The notes: generated from the letters alone by a model not told the origin. Positions 1 to 9,672 are shown, counted from the stretch's first letter. The stretch is DNA of 64,000 nucleotides from Gemmatimonadaceae bacterium (GCA_051859245.1 JBHYGA010000004.1:544001-608000); one strand, 5' to 3'. Numbers and translations: made by a program.

Positions 1-631
1 TGTCACCGAGTGCATCGCTGAGCCGTCCGGCAATGCGGGCGACGAGTTGATTCATGGTATGCACCTCGGACACGAGCGTGGACACATCCCGCGATTCCCA
101 ATAGTGCGTTTCGTCGCGCACTACCACGTTGACGCCGAGGGAGATGGCGTGGTCGAGCAAACGCACGAGTGCGGTGTGGCACGCAACGAGGTGCGCGTCG
201 CTGACCGTGGAAGCGTACTGGGTTTTGCAGCTGCAGTGCCAGTACCAGTCCACCGGCGCTCCGCCCGCCGATCGGCGGCGCAGTAAGCCAAATGTGGCCG
301 TCTCACACCCTTTTCCAGGCTGCACGAGGAACCCCAGCGCTGAGGAGCAATCCCCGTCGAGTGGCGCATCGTCCGCATCATCCGCATCGAATGGAGTGGC
401 GACGATCTGAGCCCACTGGCGCAGCGCGGCGCGCAGCCCAGCGTGCTCACGTTCGCCGCCGCGATCGCCGCCGCGATCGTCGTCGAGGTCAGTCAACAAC
501 GGTGAGACATGAGCGAACGGCAGCGATCGCGCGAACGCTTGAAGCGCAGTGAGCGATGCGATCACCGACTCGCGTGTCGTTGACGCGGGGAGGCGAAGTT
601 CGAAGTTGAGATGAAGTCCGATATTTCCCAC
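1..631 (-). CDS. Hypothetical protein, partial (3' end outside window)
   Basis: Absent from the ORF track because it has no stop in the window. Manual translation from GTG 631 is open to base 1: MGNIGLHLNFELRLP...GKGCETATFGL...WYWHCSCKTQYAS...ACHTALVRLLD...VRDETHYWESRD...LSDALGD. Confidence 0.75.
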   Translation of the reverse strand, partial: MGNIGLHLNFELRLPASTTRESVIASLTALQAFARSLPFAHVSPLLTDLDDDRGGDRGGEREHAGLRAALRQWAQIVATPFDADDADDAPLDGDCSSALGFLVQPGKGCETATFGLLRRRSAGGAPVDWYWHCSCKTQYASTVSDAHLVACHTALVRLLDHAISLGVNVVVRDETHYWESRDVSTLVSEVHTMNQLVARIAGRLSDALGD

Positions 632-651
632 CTGTGAGTGATGTCTCACAG
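632..651. promoter_or_regulatory. Inverted repeat, possible operator or translation-start hairpin
   Basis: CTGTGAG-tgatgt-CTCACAG immediately 5' of the GTG at 631. Confidence 0.35.
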
Positions 652-700
652 TATCCGGTCATGGCATAATGTGCGGTACCAAAACCTCACCGAACTAATC

Positions 701-1606
701 TTACCGTTTCACCAGCGTGCCCCGATACGCGTTGATCGCATCCACGGTGAGCTTCGTACGCAGCTCCGCCACTTTGCGACCGATGTCCTGCAGCCACTCG
801 AGCGACTCGAACTTCACACCGTTGATCTCCGCTTCACCGGCCCTTACGCGCTGCGGATAGCGGAGCGACACGGGGTCAACGAGCGACATGGTTGCGTCGA
901 TTGCGAGTTCTTCATGCAAGCCGCTGCTCCCGGTGCTCGCGCCAATGCGGATTTGCTCGGGGATCTTGAGTTCATTTTGAATGAACGGCTGCACGTGTGT
1001 GACGTGGTTGTAATACTCGGCGACGTGTTTGAACACGACGCCTGCGGTGTCGCCCACGTACAGTGCGGTGAGCGAATCCGCGGCGAAGCGCATGCCGGCG
1101 GTGTTTCCGCCGCTGTCGCCGAGGTAGTAGATCTCTTTGAAGCCCATGCTGCGCAGGAAGTTGCCAATGTCGAAGAGCAGCGCGCGATACGTGGCCTGAG
1201 AAATCATCGGGCCCGCACGACCGGGCGTGATGTTGGAGCCCACGTTGCCAGGTTCAAGTGTCACGAGCGGCGCGACGAGTGTCTTGCCCAACCGACGCGC
1301 AATCATTTCGCCGTGCAGCCGGTTGTTGATGTTGTGTTTGTCGAGCACGAGGTTCGCGCTGTTGTCCTCCACGCCGCCGGTGAGCACCAGTACGGTTGTG
1401 TAACCATCGCGGATCATGTCGCGCAGCTCGGGCTGCGTGAGCTGCTCAATCCACACGGTGTTCACGCCCTCGATGGTGCGCGGCGCATTCGCGGGGCGAC
1501 GCGGCGGTTGCGGTGCGGCGGCGCCGGTTGGCGGCTGCTGCGCGGCGGCGCTTGCGGGCGCGGTGGCGAGTGCGAGGAGGGATAACAACAGCAAGGTCGC
1601 GCGCAT
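701..1606 (-). CDS. Secreted creatininase-family protein (divergent)
   Basis: Signal peptide MRATLLLLSLLALATAPASA; WIEQLT..E, VLTGGVED, LGDSGGN resemble the creatininase fold. Confidence 0.75.
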   Translation of the reverse strand: MRATLLLLSLLALATAPASAAAQQPPTGAAAPQPPRRPANAPRTIEGVNTVWIEQLTQPELRDMIRDGYTTVLVLTGGVEDNSANLVLDKHNINNRLHGEMIARRLGKTLVAPLVTLEPGNVGSNITPGRAGPMISQATYRALLFDIGNFLRSMGFKEIYYLGDSGGNTAGMRFAADSLTALYVGDTAGVVFKHVAEYYNHVTHVQPFIQNELKIPEQIRIGASTGSSGLHEELAIDATMSLVDPVSLRYPQRVRAGEAEINGVKFESLEWLQDIGRKVAELRTKLTVDAINAYRGTLVKR

Positions 1607-1725
1607 CAAGGTCTCCGGACAGCGGGAGCGAGTGGGTTGCAGGCGTGTGTGGTGGTATTCAATATGATATGGTGGCAACGGCGTCCTCTCCTCTTTCGAT
1701 TGCTTGGAGCAGCGTAAGCGAACCC

Positions 1726-2006
1726 ATGATGGACCCACGCGCCATTCTGTGGAAGCACTCGCGCAACTGTCGGCGGCGGTCATGCAAGGACTGGTCGACA
1801 GCGAAGGCGCGATCGGCTACTTCATGGGCATCAACAACGCGCGTTTTCGCGGTGAGGCCGCGCCGGGTGACGTGATCACGCTCTCAGTGGAGCTACAACA
1901 GTTTCGACGTGGTATCTGCAAAACGCACGGCGTAGCGACTGTGAATGGAACGCAAGTTGTGCGCGTTGATATGACGTCGATTATTCGCAGTGCAACCACT
2001 ACCTGA
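1726..2006 (+). pseudogene. fabZ: FabZ-like 3-hydroxyacyl-ACP dehydratase with internal deletion and frameshift
   Basis: MMDPRAIL (1726-1749) joins out of frame to VEALAQ...FMGINNARFR...PGDVITL; the HRYPF and GHFP segments are absent. Confidence 0.7.
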
Positions 2007-2042
2007 TGGCAACGTCCATGCTGGCGACACTGCGCGGCCGCG

Positions 2043-2852
2043 CTATGCTCCGATGGTTTTGGAGATCCAGTCCCGGTAATGGCTCAGCCGCACGTTGCAG
2101 GTCACCTGCCCATAGCGTCCCGGCGTACGTACGGTGCTCTGTGGATCGGACCAGGACGTCAGCCCCGCGACCACCAAGCGGTCGCCATCCTGTATGAGAA
2201 GCGGGCCGCCGCTGTCGCCGCTGCCGGAGCCTCCCTCGAGCGGCAGCGCATTCGCGGGCTCGTCGAACACGTAACAGATCCAACGCCCATGCGCGCTCGT
2301 GATGCGGTTGTACGCGCGGCGCAGCGTCGTGCGATGCGCATCGCTGAACTGGTAACCCGTGACGCCGTTGCCGGTCGCACCTTTTCCGATGATCTGCACG
2401 ACCTTGTCGTATTCGCTGTCACCTTCGTTCATCGCAGCCGGTGCAACATCGGTGACCGACTCGGCAAGCTTCAGCAGCGCGATGTCGTCCGATGTGGCGA
2501 GCAGCGATCGGAAGAGCGTCCAATCCCACGTGGCCAGCGCACGGTCGACCACTTCCTGCGGCGGTTTCGTGTAGCCCGGGTGCACCACGAGACGCTCAAC
2601 GCGCCGAGCTGTGCCGTTGAGCATCACGTGGGTGAGTTCGTGTTGCCACGTGACGGCATGCGCGGCGGTGACGACCCACTGCGGCGCAATGAGGACGCCG
2701 TGTCCTTCGCCAGGCATGTCCACGAGCGCCGGGAACGCCGAGGCAGGAACTCGATACTGCGCGTCGTCCACGTCATCTCGAATGACGATGGCGTCGGCAG
2801 CCGTCGAGACAATGAACACGGCGAGTGCGACGAGGAGCAGAGTTTTGGTCAC
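2043..2852 (-). CDS. Secreted trypsin-like (S1) serine protease
   Basis: TAAH, DIALL and GDSGGPL catalytic motifs; signal peptide; start uncertain (GTG 2852 or TTG 2888). Confidence 0.9.
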   Translation of the reverse strand: MTKTLLLVALAVFIVSTAADAIVIRDDVDDAQYRVPASAFPALVDMPGEGHGVLIAPQWVVTAAHAVTWQHELTHVMLNGTARRVERLVVHPGYTKPPQEVVDRALATWDWTLFRSLLATSDDIALLKLAESVTDVAPAAMNEGDSEYDKVVQIIGKGATGNGVTGYQFSDAHRTTLRRAYNRITSAHGRWICYVFDEPANALPLEGGSGSGDSGGPLLIQDGDRLVVAGLTSWSDPQSTVRTPGRYGQVTCNVRLSHYRDWISKTIGA

Positions 2853-2932
2853 GGCGAATTGGTGAGGAAGGCACACTCGCGGCTTCAACCGTGTACGACC
2901 CGCTGATGAGGGAAGTTTCGGCTACTCGATCT

Positions 2933-3364
2933 ATGACCACAGCCAGAATGCCAGCGGAACCACTTATTGGCCAACGTGCACGAGGATTTGCGTGGCGCTC
3001 GCTACTGCCAGCGATGATGGTGGTCAGCCTCCTCTCGGCCTGCAATGGCGCCACGTCCGAGCCGTTCGCCACGTTCGAGGTGTCTGGATCGGTGCGTTTC
3101 GTGAGCGGGACACCGGTGCCAAACGCATCGGTTGTCGTGCAGACGTTTGGCGACGCGTGCGGAGTGAGTGCGCTGATTCACCATGGAACCGCCACCACTA
3201 ACAGCCAGGGAGCGTTTCGCCTTCAGCTTGGCTCGGGCTTCGACGGCTGCATTCGCGCCATTGCTACAGTGAGCGATGAGCGCAGTGCGTTTGTCGTCCG
3301 CGAAGGAGTGCGCGCTGCGGGCGGTGACACCATTACGCAGCTGAACGTGACGATTTCGGACTAA
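2933..3364 (+). CDS. Putative lipoprotein with carboxypeptidase-regulatory-like beta-sandwich domain
   Basis: Lipobox LLSAC; VSGSV..SGTPVPNASV..TTNSQGAF pattern; start uncertain. Confidence 0.6.
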   Translation: MTTARMPAEPLIGQRARGFAWRSLLPAMMVVSLLSACNGATSEPFATFEVSGSVRFVSGTPVPNASVVVQTFGDACGVSALIHHGTATTNSQGAFRLQLGSGFDGCIRAIATVSDERSAFVVREGVRAAGGDTITQLNVTISD

Positions 3365-3616
3365 CACAACACGCCCGCTTCGGCGAACAGCGTTCCACTC
3401 GGTGCCGTGCTCGATCGCGAGCGCGGCGTGATTGGCATTCGCCACGTGATTCCCGCTCACTCCGTCATGGCCGCAGATCCAGGCAGGTTGACATCTATGT
3501 TAAAACGATGAGCCACTTCGCGAACAATTTCCGCCTCGGTCATGAGAGACATGTGTGAGGCTCGCACTCGGCGGCCTCTTTGCCCTGTCGCCGCTTATCC
3601 TGTCGGAGCCCACCTC

Positions 3617-4201
3617 ATGAACCGGCTGCTCGCACTCAGTCTGTTGCTCGTTACCGCAGTCTCGCAGGTGCACGCAGCACAGCCGGTGCAGGGCTTTGTC
3701 GGGAGCTTCGCCCCCGCGAACTGGTCGAGCTTTCCAGGTGATGGTTCGATCGCCTTTGACGCCACATCGTTGATCCTGACAAGCGGTGATTTCTTGCAGC
3801 CGTCGTTTACCGATGTCTCGATCAACGTGCCATTCGCCGTCCGCGTGAGCTTTGATTGGGACTACGCGACCAACGACTTTCCGGAGTTCGACCCGTTCGG
3901 CATCACCACGCTGTCGCCGTTAAACGCCCCTGTATTCACCGCGCTCTCCGACGGGAACGGCAACGAAGTGCAGTCCGGCAACTTCTCGATACTGTTGTCG
4001 GCTGGCGAGCTGTTTGCGTTTACCGCCAGGAGTACCGATGGAATTGGAGGCGCGGCGACGACTCGGATCTCCAACTTTGCCTTTGAGCAAACCGGCGTCG
4101 ATGTTCCCGAGCCGAGTAGCATGGCGCTGTTGTTGGCGGCGCTTGTAGCGAGCGCTGCGTTCCGCCGTGGGTGGCTGTCGCGGCGAGACTGCGCCGGGTG
4201 A
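3617..4201 (+). CDS. PEP-CTERM sorting-signal protein
   Basis: N-terminal signal peptide; C-terminal VPEPSSMALLLAALVASAAFRR (PEP, TM helix, basic tail). Confidence 0.9.
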   Translation: MNRLLALSLLLVTAVSQVHAAQPVQGFVGSFAPANWSSFPGDGSIAFDATSLILTSGDFLQPSFTDVSINVPFAVRVSFDWDYATNDFPEFDPFGITTLSPLNAPVFTALSDGNGNEVQSGNFSILLSAGELFAFTARSTDGIGGAATTRISNFAFEQTGVDVPEPSSMALLLAALVASAAFRRGWLSRRDCAG

Positions 4202-4225
4202 TGTGATCGCGCGTTCGCCCAAGCG

Positions 4226-4861
4226 TCAGAAGTACAGCGCTCCGCGAATGCTCACTCCGCCAAGCGACAGCCGCGTGACCGTGCGCTTCTGCTCCGTTAG
4301 TGGTGAGTTATTGTTCTCGCGCGAGACGGTTGCGCTGACCGTCCAGGCGGCGCCGAGCGAGAGACTGCGCGTGACCATCCAAAGCGCACCGAGGTCGGCA
4401 AAAATGCCGCCGCCGCCGTTGTTGTTGGTCACCGACTCGCCGCCGAACTGCTGCTCGGTGCGTGTTACTCCCGCGAGCGCTCCGATTGTGAAATGCTGCA
4501 GCACGTCTTCACTGGCCGGTCGAAAGAATCGTCGGCCGAGCTGAACATTCAATGAGCGATTGCCCGTGACTCCGGCTGTGAGCGGCGGGTCGCTCTCATT
4601 GTCTGTCTCCTGCAACTCGCCACGCACGGTACCGATCCAGGCGCGCGTTGGCGAAGAGAACCGCATCAGGCCGGCGCTCGCGTAGTTGCCAAGCGCAAAC
4701 TCGGCGCCCCATTGACCCGCACGGAACGTCGTGCTGTCTGCGGATTGGGCCGAAAGCGATCGTTCTGGAATGTTCAGCGCTACAGCGAGCGTAGCAGCTG
4801 CGATAAATGTGCGGCGAATAATCGAGCGCAATGGAATCTCGGAGGTAGAAGTAGGCAGCAC
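4226..4861 (-). CDS. Outer-membrane beta-barrel protein (paralog 1)
   Basis: Signal peptide, amphipathic strands, terminal ALYF beta-signal. Confidence 0.7.
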   Translation of the reverse strand: MLPTSTSEIPLRSIIRRTFIAAATLAVALNIPERSLSAQSADSTTFRAGQWGAEFALGNYASAGLMRFSSPTRAWIGTVRGELQETDNESDPPLTAGVTGNRSLNVQLGRRFFRPASEDVLQHFTIGALAGVTRTEQQFGGESVTNNNGGGGIFADLGALWMVTRSLSLGAAWTVSATVSRENNNSPLTEQKRTVTRLSLGGVSIRGALYF

Positions 4862-4891
4862 ACACTGTGCGTAGAGACGGAGGAACGCCGG

Positions 4892-5527
4892 TCAGAAGTA
4901 CAGCGCCGCTCGAATGTCCACTTGGCCAAACAAAATTCTGGTCGAGGTCAACGTCGTTGTTTCTGGTGGTGAGAGCCCACCTTCGCTCCGCCCTCGCGAT
5001 CGCACGCGCGACGCCTCAGCACTCCATGCTGCGCCGATCGACAATCGTGGTGTCACCATGTAGAGTGCGCCCACGTCGACGAACGCTCCACCACCACCGT
5101 ACCATTGGGAGGACGGAAACGTCGGGCCCGCTCGCTCGCGGCCACCGAGCACGATTACGCCTACGGTGGCATGCTGCTGCACGCGGCTTGACATGGTGCG
5201 ATACCAGCGATGCCCAAGTCGCAGCGCGATTTCCGCGTCGTTGAAGGATCGTGCGACCGCGTCGGGCTCAAACCCGCGCTGTTGCACGTCGCTCCGAGTA
5301 CGCTGGATACTCGCCCCTACCGCGCCGATCCACGCACGGTTCGGTGTGGAGAATCGCAAGAGTCCCAGACTTGCGAAGGCAGCCTCGAGCCCGATCTCTG
5401 CGCCCCACTGTCCGGCCTCAAAGGCCGTGGTGTCGGGGGCTTGTGCGGCAGTTGTGGTGGGCAGCGTGACAACACCCGCCATGATGCACGCACTGACGTA
5501 CAACGACCGTAGCACCGCAACAGGCAT
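4892..5527 (-). CDS. Outer-membrane beta-barrel protein (paralog 2)
   Basis: Shares AGQWGAE, RFS.P.RAWIG, GGG.F.D.GAL.MVT and ALYF with 4226..4861. Confidence 0.7.
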   Translation of the reverse strand: MPVAVLRSLYVSACIMAGVVTLPTTTAAQAPDTTAFEAGQWGAEIGLEAAFASLGLLRFSTPNRAWIGAVGASIQRTRSDVQQRGFEPDAVARSFNDAEIALRLGHRWYRTMSSRVQQHATVGVIVLGGRERAGPTFPSSQWYGGGGAFVDVGALYMVTPRLSIGAAWSAEASRVRSRGRSEGGLSPPETTTLTSTRILFGQVDIRAALYF

Positions 5528-5694
5528 GCAAGCCTCGAGAGGAAAAGTTGCCGGGCGGCGCAGGTTTACAGCGGATCAGTACTTACGATAATTGCACACG
5601 CACCGTGAGTGTTTGTGTACGCAACGCACTTCAAAGTTCCATCGAGGGCCCGGGATTGCGCTGTCCGTCTGAGACAACATTCGTTGCCTCGCAG

Positions 5695-6255
5695 CTAGTA
5701 TCGGCAGTACTTGTCAATCAGGGCCTTCGCCGTTCCATTTGACTCGGCACGACGCGACAGCCAGCACAGCAGCGGTTCGATAAACGAAAGCAACCCGGGC
5801 ATATTCGTGTCTCCCCATCGCACAATCAACGCGGTGTGATAGAGATTCTTCGGCACGCCTTTACGAGTCGTGAGACCGTCGGCCGCCAAGCCGTACATCA
5901 CCTGGAGCATCCGCTCGAATCCGGGTGATCCTGGCTCAATGAGCACATTGAACGTCACGGGTTCACCCGAAGACGGATTGTAGAATCGATGCACTTGCCC
6001 GGCTTTCGCTGTGACCGATTCCGAGGGCGATAGTAGCAGCGTCTCCGTTCCTACTTGCAGACCAAGGGTGCCCTCCACGCATGTGAAGGACTCATCGAAG
6101 GTCCGGTGGTAGTGCAACTCATTGCTTCCGCCAGGCGCGAGCTCGATTTGCGCGAGACTATACTCTCCCCTCGTCTCAGCTGAGAGTTCAAGGAAGGTGA
6201 CCCGGTCGTTGATAACGGGATTCGTAATCGTGCGCGAATACGCAATCGTCGTCAT
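5695..6255 (-). CDS. Cupin domain protein
   Basis: LHYH..FDESF....G and VHRF cupin motifs; GGAGG RBS before ATG 6255. Confidence 0.85.
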   Translation of the reverse strand: MTTIAYSRTITNPVINDRVTFLELSAETRGEYSLAQIELAPGGSNELHYHRTFDESFTCVEGTLGLQVGTETLLLSPSESVTAKAGQVHRFYNPSSGEPVTFNVLIEPGSPGFERMLQVMYGLAADGLTTRKGVPKNLYHTALIVRWGDTNMPGLLSFIEPLLCWLSRRAESNGTAKALIDKYCRY

Positions 6256-6311
6256 CGCTGTACCTCCGCTGGACGTGAAGAAGTGTTCGGAGTCGATCAG
6301 CACCGTCGGCA

Positions 6312-6686
6312 TCATCGAGCCCAAGGCGGTGTCATCGGCGCTGCCTCGCCAACGATTACTTCCCCGCCGACCGGGAAGATCGCGATGGCTTCGAACGGGA
6401 TGTCGTGAGGATTCGCGAGCTTGAACACGCTCGACGCAGGCACGATCAGCGTGGACCCAGCTTCGACGTCGAGCACCTCCCCGTTAATGGTCGCCTGACC
6501 CTTCCCGGAGAGGGCGACCAGGATCTCTTCACGCGTGACGCGGTGTGCAGTGCCCGGTGTCCCTGGCTCTACGTGCAGACGCCAGGTGGCGGTCTCCAGG
6601 GTTCCGAGGCTCGGAGCCGCCAACGAGGTAAAGCGCGTGCCGGATACATCGAAAGAGCGGTGGTCGGACGGGTGTAGCAGTGGCAT
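6312..6686 (-). CDS. Cupin domain protein
   Basis: PGTAH..TREE....LSG.G pattern; AAGGAG RBS. Confidence 0.8.
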   Translation of the reverse strand: MPLLHPSDHRSFDVSGTRFTSLAAPSLGTLETATWRLHVEPGTPGTAHRVTREEILVALSGKGQATINGEVLDVEAGSTLIVPASSVFKLANPHDIPFEAIAIFPVGGEVIVGEAAPMTPPWAR

Positions 6687-6700
6687 TTGAGTCTCCTTGA

Positions 6701-6728
6701 GGTTATACTTCACTGAAGATTATAAACC
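6701..6728. promoter_or_regulatory. AT-rich imperfect palindrome between divergent cupin and MarR genes, probable MarR operator
   Basis: GGTTATA-CTTCA-C-TGAAG-ATTATAAACC in a 54-bp divergent intergenic gap. Confidence 0.4.
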
Positions 6729-6740
6729 TTGGTGAATAAT

Positions 6741-7208
6741 ATGGCAAGCCCCCAGACTCAGATCGATCTTGGCGTTCTCTTCAACCTGGCGTACGGCGCC
6801 TTCGTCGCCCGCCTCCACACGGCGATGGCAAAGGCCGGATTTCAGGATCTCGGCCAATCTTTCGGCTACGTGTTCCGGCTTATCGATGCCGAACCGGTGA
6901 GTCTCGCCGCCCTCGCGACCCGTCTGCAGATGACGCCCCAGGGCGCGCTGAAGATTGTGGCCGACATGGAAGCGAAGGGCTATGTGGAACGGCGCAACCA
7001 TCCTGATGACGCGCGCGTGCGCATGGTGGCGCTCACGCCTCGCGGGCGAACGGCACTGCTCACCGCGAGGCGGTTCCACACGGCATTCGAAGCCGAGTTA
7101 GCTGTCCAGGTTGGCGCCGCTCAAGCGTTGGCCCTTCGGCACACGCTTGAGCGTATCGTTGCCGACGCTGCGGCCGACGGAATCGAGCTCACGGCTCGGC
7201 CCGCGTAG
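6741..7208 (+). CDS. MarR family transcriptional regulator
   Basis: LA..LQMT.Q....V..ME.KGYVER..HP.DAR...V.LT.RG wHTH signature. Confidence 0.9.
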   Translation: MASPQTQIDLGVLFNLAYGAFVARLHTAMAKAGFQDLGQSFGYVFRLIDAEPVSLAALATRLQMTPQGALKIVADMEAKGYVERRNHPDDARVRMVALTPRGRTALLTARRFHTAFEAELAVQVGAAQALALRHTLERIVADAAADGIELTARPA

Positions 7209-7267
7209 ACAGAAGTACACGCCGTAGTGCTCGTATCGATCCTGTTCCTCCCAAGCCGACGCGCACG

Positions 7268-7765
7268 TTGACCGAGTTCAGCATCCAGCCATTGATTCGC
7301 AGCCCAGTCGCCGACGCCGCTCTTGAGCGCCTGCTACGTGAGACGTATGTCTCGGCGGGTTACACCGACGCAGACCGTGCAGCGACGCTCTTCAGCGCCG
7401 ACGCCGTGCACGCGCGTGGTAGCACTCGCGCCGCCTATGACGGCGACGGCACGCTCGTAGGCACGGGCACGCTCGTCATCGGCGGAACTCCCGCCAGCCG
7501 CCTCGCGACCGGGAGCGAGGCGGAGCTGCATCTGCTCGCGGTCGCGGCTAACGCGCGCGGACGCGGCGTTGGCGAGGCCATCGTCAACGTGCTGCTGCAA
7601 GACGCCAAGCAGGCGGGCGCTGCCACGGTATGGCTCTGGACCCAACCGGCGATGCTCGCCGCGCAGCGGCTCTACCTGCGCTTGGGCTTTCACAGAGAAC
7701 CGGTGCACGATTTTCGTCTCGGCGACCGCACGTTCCTCGTCTTCGCCAGGGCGTGCACGAGTTGA
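7268..7765 (+). CDS. GNAT N-acetyltransferase
   Basis: LAV...ARGRGVGEA and AQRLY.RLGF acetyl-CoA motifs. Confidence 0.9.
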   Translation: MTEFSIQPLIRSPVADAALERLLRETYVSAGYTDADRAATLFSADAVHARGSTRAAYDGDGTLVGTGTLVIGGTPASRLATGSEAELHLLAVAANARGRGVGEAIVNVLLQDAKQAGAATVWLWTQPAMLAAQRLYLRLGFHREPVHDFRLGDRTFLVFARACTS

Positions 7766-7807
7766 CTCGCAACTGCTCAGTTGAACGTAACGATTCCGAA
7801 CGAATGC

Positions 7808-7848
7808 AAAACGCCCGCCCCAACGAACGTCGTCGGAGCGGGCGTTTC
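7808..7848. terminator. Probable bidirectional intrinsic terminator
   Basis: AAAACGCCCGC...GCGGGCGTTTC hairpin between convergent genes. Confidence 0.7.
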
Positions 7849-7886
7849 ACATCACGCGTGTGTTCTCGCGTTACATGTCGTTCAAC

Positions 7887-9551
7887 TTACCGCGACGACT
7901 GGGCCGCACTCTTCGTCGGCCCAGGACACGCCGGCCACCCACGCGGCGTGCCGTCGGGGCCATTACCCTGCGGCACCAAATCGCGCGGCAACTTCTGCAC
8001 ATCTTCCGACGCCATGTACGCGAGCATCGCGATCAGCGTGGCGTTGTTGCGCAGGTCTTCGGGCACAATCTTGTCGTACGTGTCGCGGTTGGTGTGCCAC
8101 GTGGTGTTGCTGTAATCCCAGCCGAGCGCGCCGGTGCCAATGCCGGGCGCCTTGGCACACACGAACGTGGTGTGATCGGTGCCACCGGGGCCGCCAAACG
8201 GTGAGTTGTTGCCCAAGCGAATCCACTGCGTAATCTCCGACGGCATTTCGCTCATGTAACGCGTGAGGAACGCGCCGGCGTGTACGAACGGACCTGGGCT
8301 GATCGACGAAATGCGACCCGTGCCGTTGTCCTGATTGAACAGCATCTGCATGCCTTCAATCACTTCCGGATGCATCTCAACGTACGCCTTTGAGCCGTTG
8401 AGTCCCTGTTCTTCGGAGTTCCACAAACCGATCACAATCGTGCGCTTGGGATTCGGATACACCGTCTTCAGAATGCGCATCGCTTCGATCATCGTGAGTG
8501 AACCCGTGGCGTTGTCGGTCGCGCCCGAGCCACCGGTGAACGAATCAAAGTGCGACGACAATACCACGTATTCGTTTGGCAGTGTGCTGCCTTTGATCTC
8601 CGCAACAACATTGCCAACCGGGCGCTCCGGTCCCTTTTCTGCGGTGACCATCAGGCGAATCTTCGGCGACTGATTGTTTGCGGCGAGACGATACAATAGA
8701 CCCATGTCTTCGCAGCCGACGTCAACCGTAGGAACCTCCTGCTTCGCCGAACCAAATACTTTGTTGATGCCCGGATACTGCGAGAAGTTGGTGGTCAATG
8801 CGCCAAGCACACCGGCCGCCTTGAGTTTGGCTTGAATGTTGCCCGGTCCACCGCCGGCGAGTACACGCTGGTTGAACGAAGCGGAGAGTGCACTCTGCTC
8901 CTGCCGCAAACGGTCGCGCGATTCCGGCGTGCCGAACTCCGCCCACTGTGACGCCATGCGACACGAGAGCTGCGGTGCGTTCAGCAACACGAACTTGCCG
9001 CGTGCCGACGGAACCCACGCAGCGAAGAGTTCCGGCGTGACGACGGTATCGGGAATCACCACCACATTGCCTTCAACCCACTGTCCGTTGGTGCCGGGAG
9101 TCCATCCCATCGCGGTGACTTCAAGTCCACGCACGCGCGGGAACAACAACTCGCCGAACGCGGAGCCGTTCTTGAAGCTGTTCCAGGTGCCGTAGTTCTC
9201 AATGCGCGCGGGAACGCCCCACTTGTTGAACGTGGCCAGCATGTAGGCCTGCGCGCGGTCGGCGTCGGACGATCCCGTCAACCGAGGCCCGATGGAATCG
9301 AGCAATACTTGTGCGAACTGCATGACCTGCGAGCGCTGCATGCCTTCCTCAAAGATCTTGTTGATCATCGGGTCGGTGGCCGGCGTCGAGCGCACATACG
9401 GTGCATTGGCACGGTCTACCGGCAGCGCCTGCGGGTTGGTGGGCGGCGGCGTTGGGCCCGGAGGGCCTCCTCGGCCGCGCGGCTGCGCGAGGGCGTCGGC
9501 ACTGGTGGCACTCACGGCGAGTACGCCGATGAGGAGAGCTTTTTGAAGCAT
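7887..9551 (-). CDS. Secreted M28 family peptidase (carboxypeptidase Q-like)
   Basis: IGPRLTGS, SHFDS, GATDNATG, SEEQGL.GS, DH..F, WHT..DT.DK metal-binding motifs; signal peptide. Confidence 0.9.
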   Translation of the reverse strand: MLQKALLIGVLAVSATSADALAQPRGRGGPPGPTPPPTNPQALPVDRANAPYVRSTPATDPMINKIFEEGMQRSQVMQFAQVLLDSIGPRLTGSSDADRAQAYMLATFNKWGVPARIENYGTWNSFKNGSAFGELLFPRVRGLEVTAMGWTPGTNGQWVEGNVVVIPDTVVTPELFAAWVPSARGKFVLLNAPQLSCRMASQWAEFGTPESRDRLRQEQSALSASFNQRVLAGGGPGNIQAKLKAAGVLGALTTNFSQYPGINKVFGSAKQEVPTVDVGCEDMGLLYRLAANNQSPKIRLMVTAEKGPERPVGNVVAEIKGSTLPNEYVVLSSHFDSFTGGSGATDNATGSLTMIEAMRILKTVYPNPKRTIVIGLWNSEEQGLNGSKAYVEMHPEVIEGMQMLFNQDNGTGRISSISPGPFVHAGAFLTRYMSEMPSEITQWIRLGNNSPFGGPGGTDHTTFVCAKAPGIGTGALGWDYSNTTWHTNRDTYDKIVPEDLRNNATLIAMLAYMASEDVQKLPRDLVPQGNGPDGTPRGWPACPGPTKSAAQSSR

Positions 9552-9672
9552 GAGCTGGGATTGGTGAGGGTCGGCGGCGCGGAGACTCGCGCGCGCCGGT
9601 GATGGGAGGTAACGGTGTGAAGCTACGTTGTCGAAATGTGATCCGCTGACGATCGGCCCCAGCAAAGCCGCC

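Noticed and set aside
632..651. CRP/FNR site
   Set aside because: TGTGA and TCACA are separated by 8 nt rather than the canonical 6; kept only as a generic palindrome
3365..3510. Possible gene remnant (GAVLDRERGVIGIRH) and a TTGACA-tcta-TGTTAA near-palindrome
   Set aside because: Too short to assign by eye
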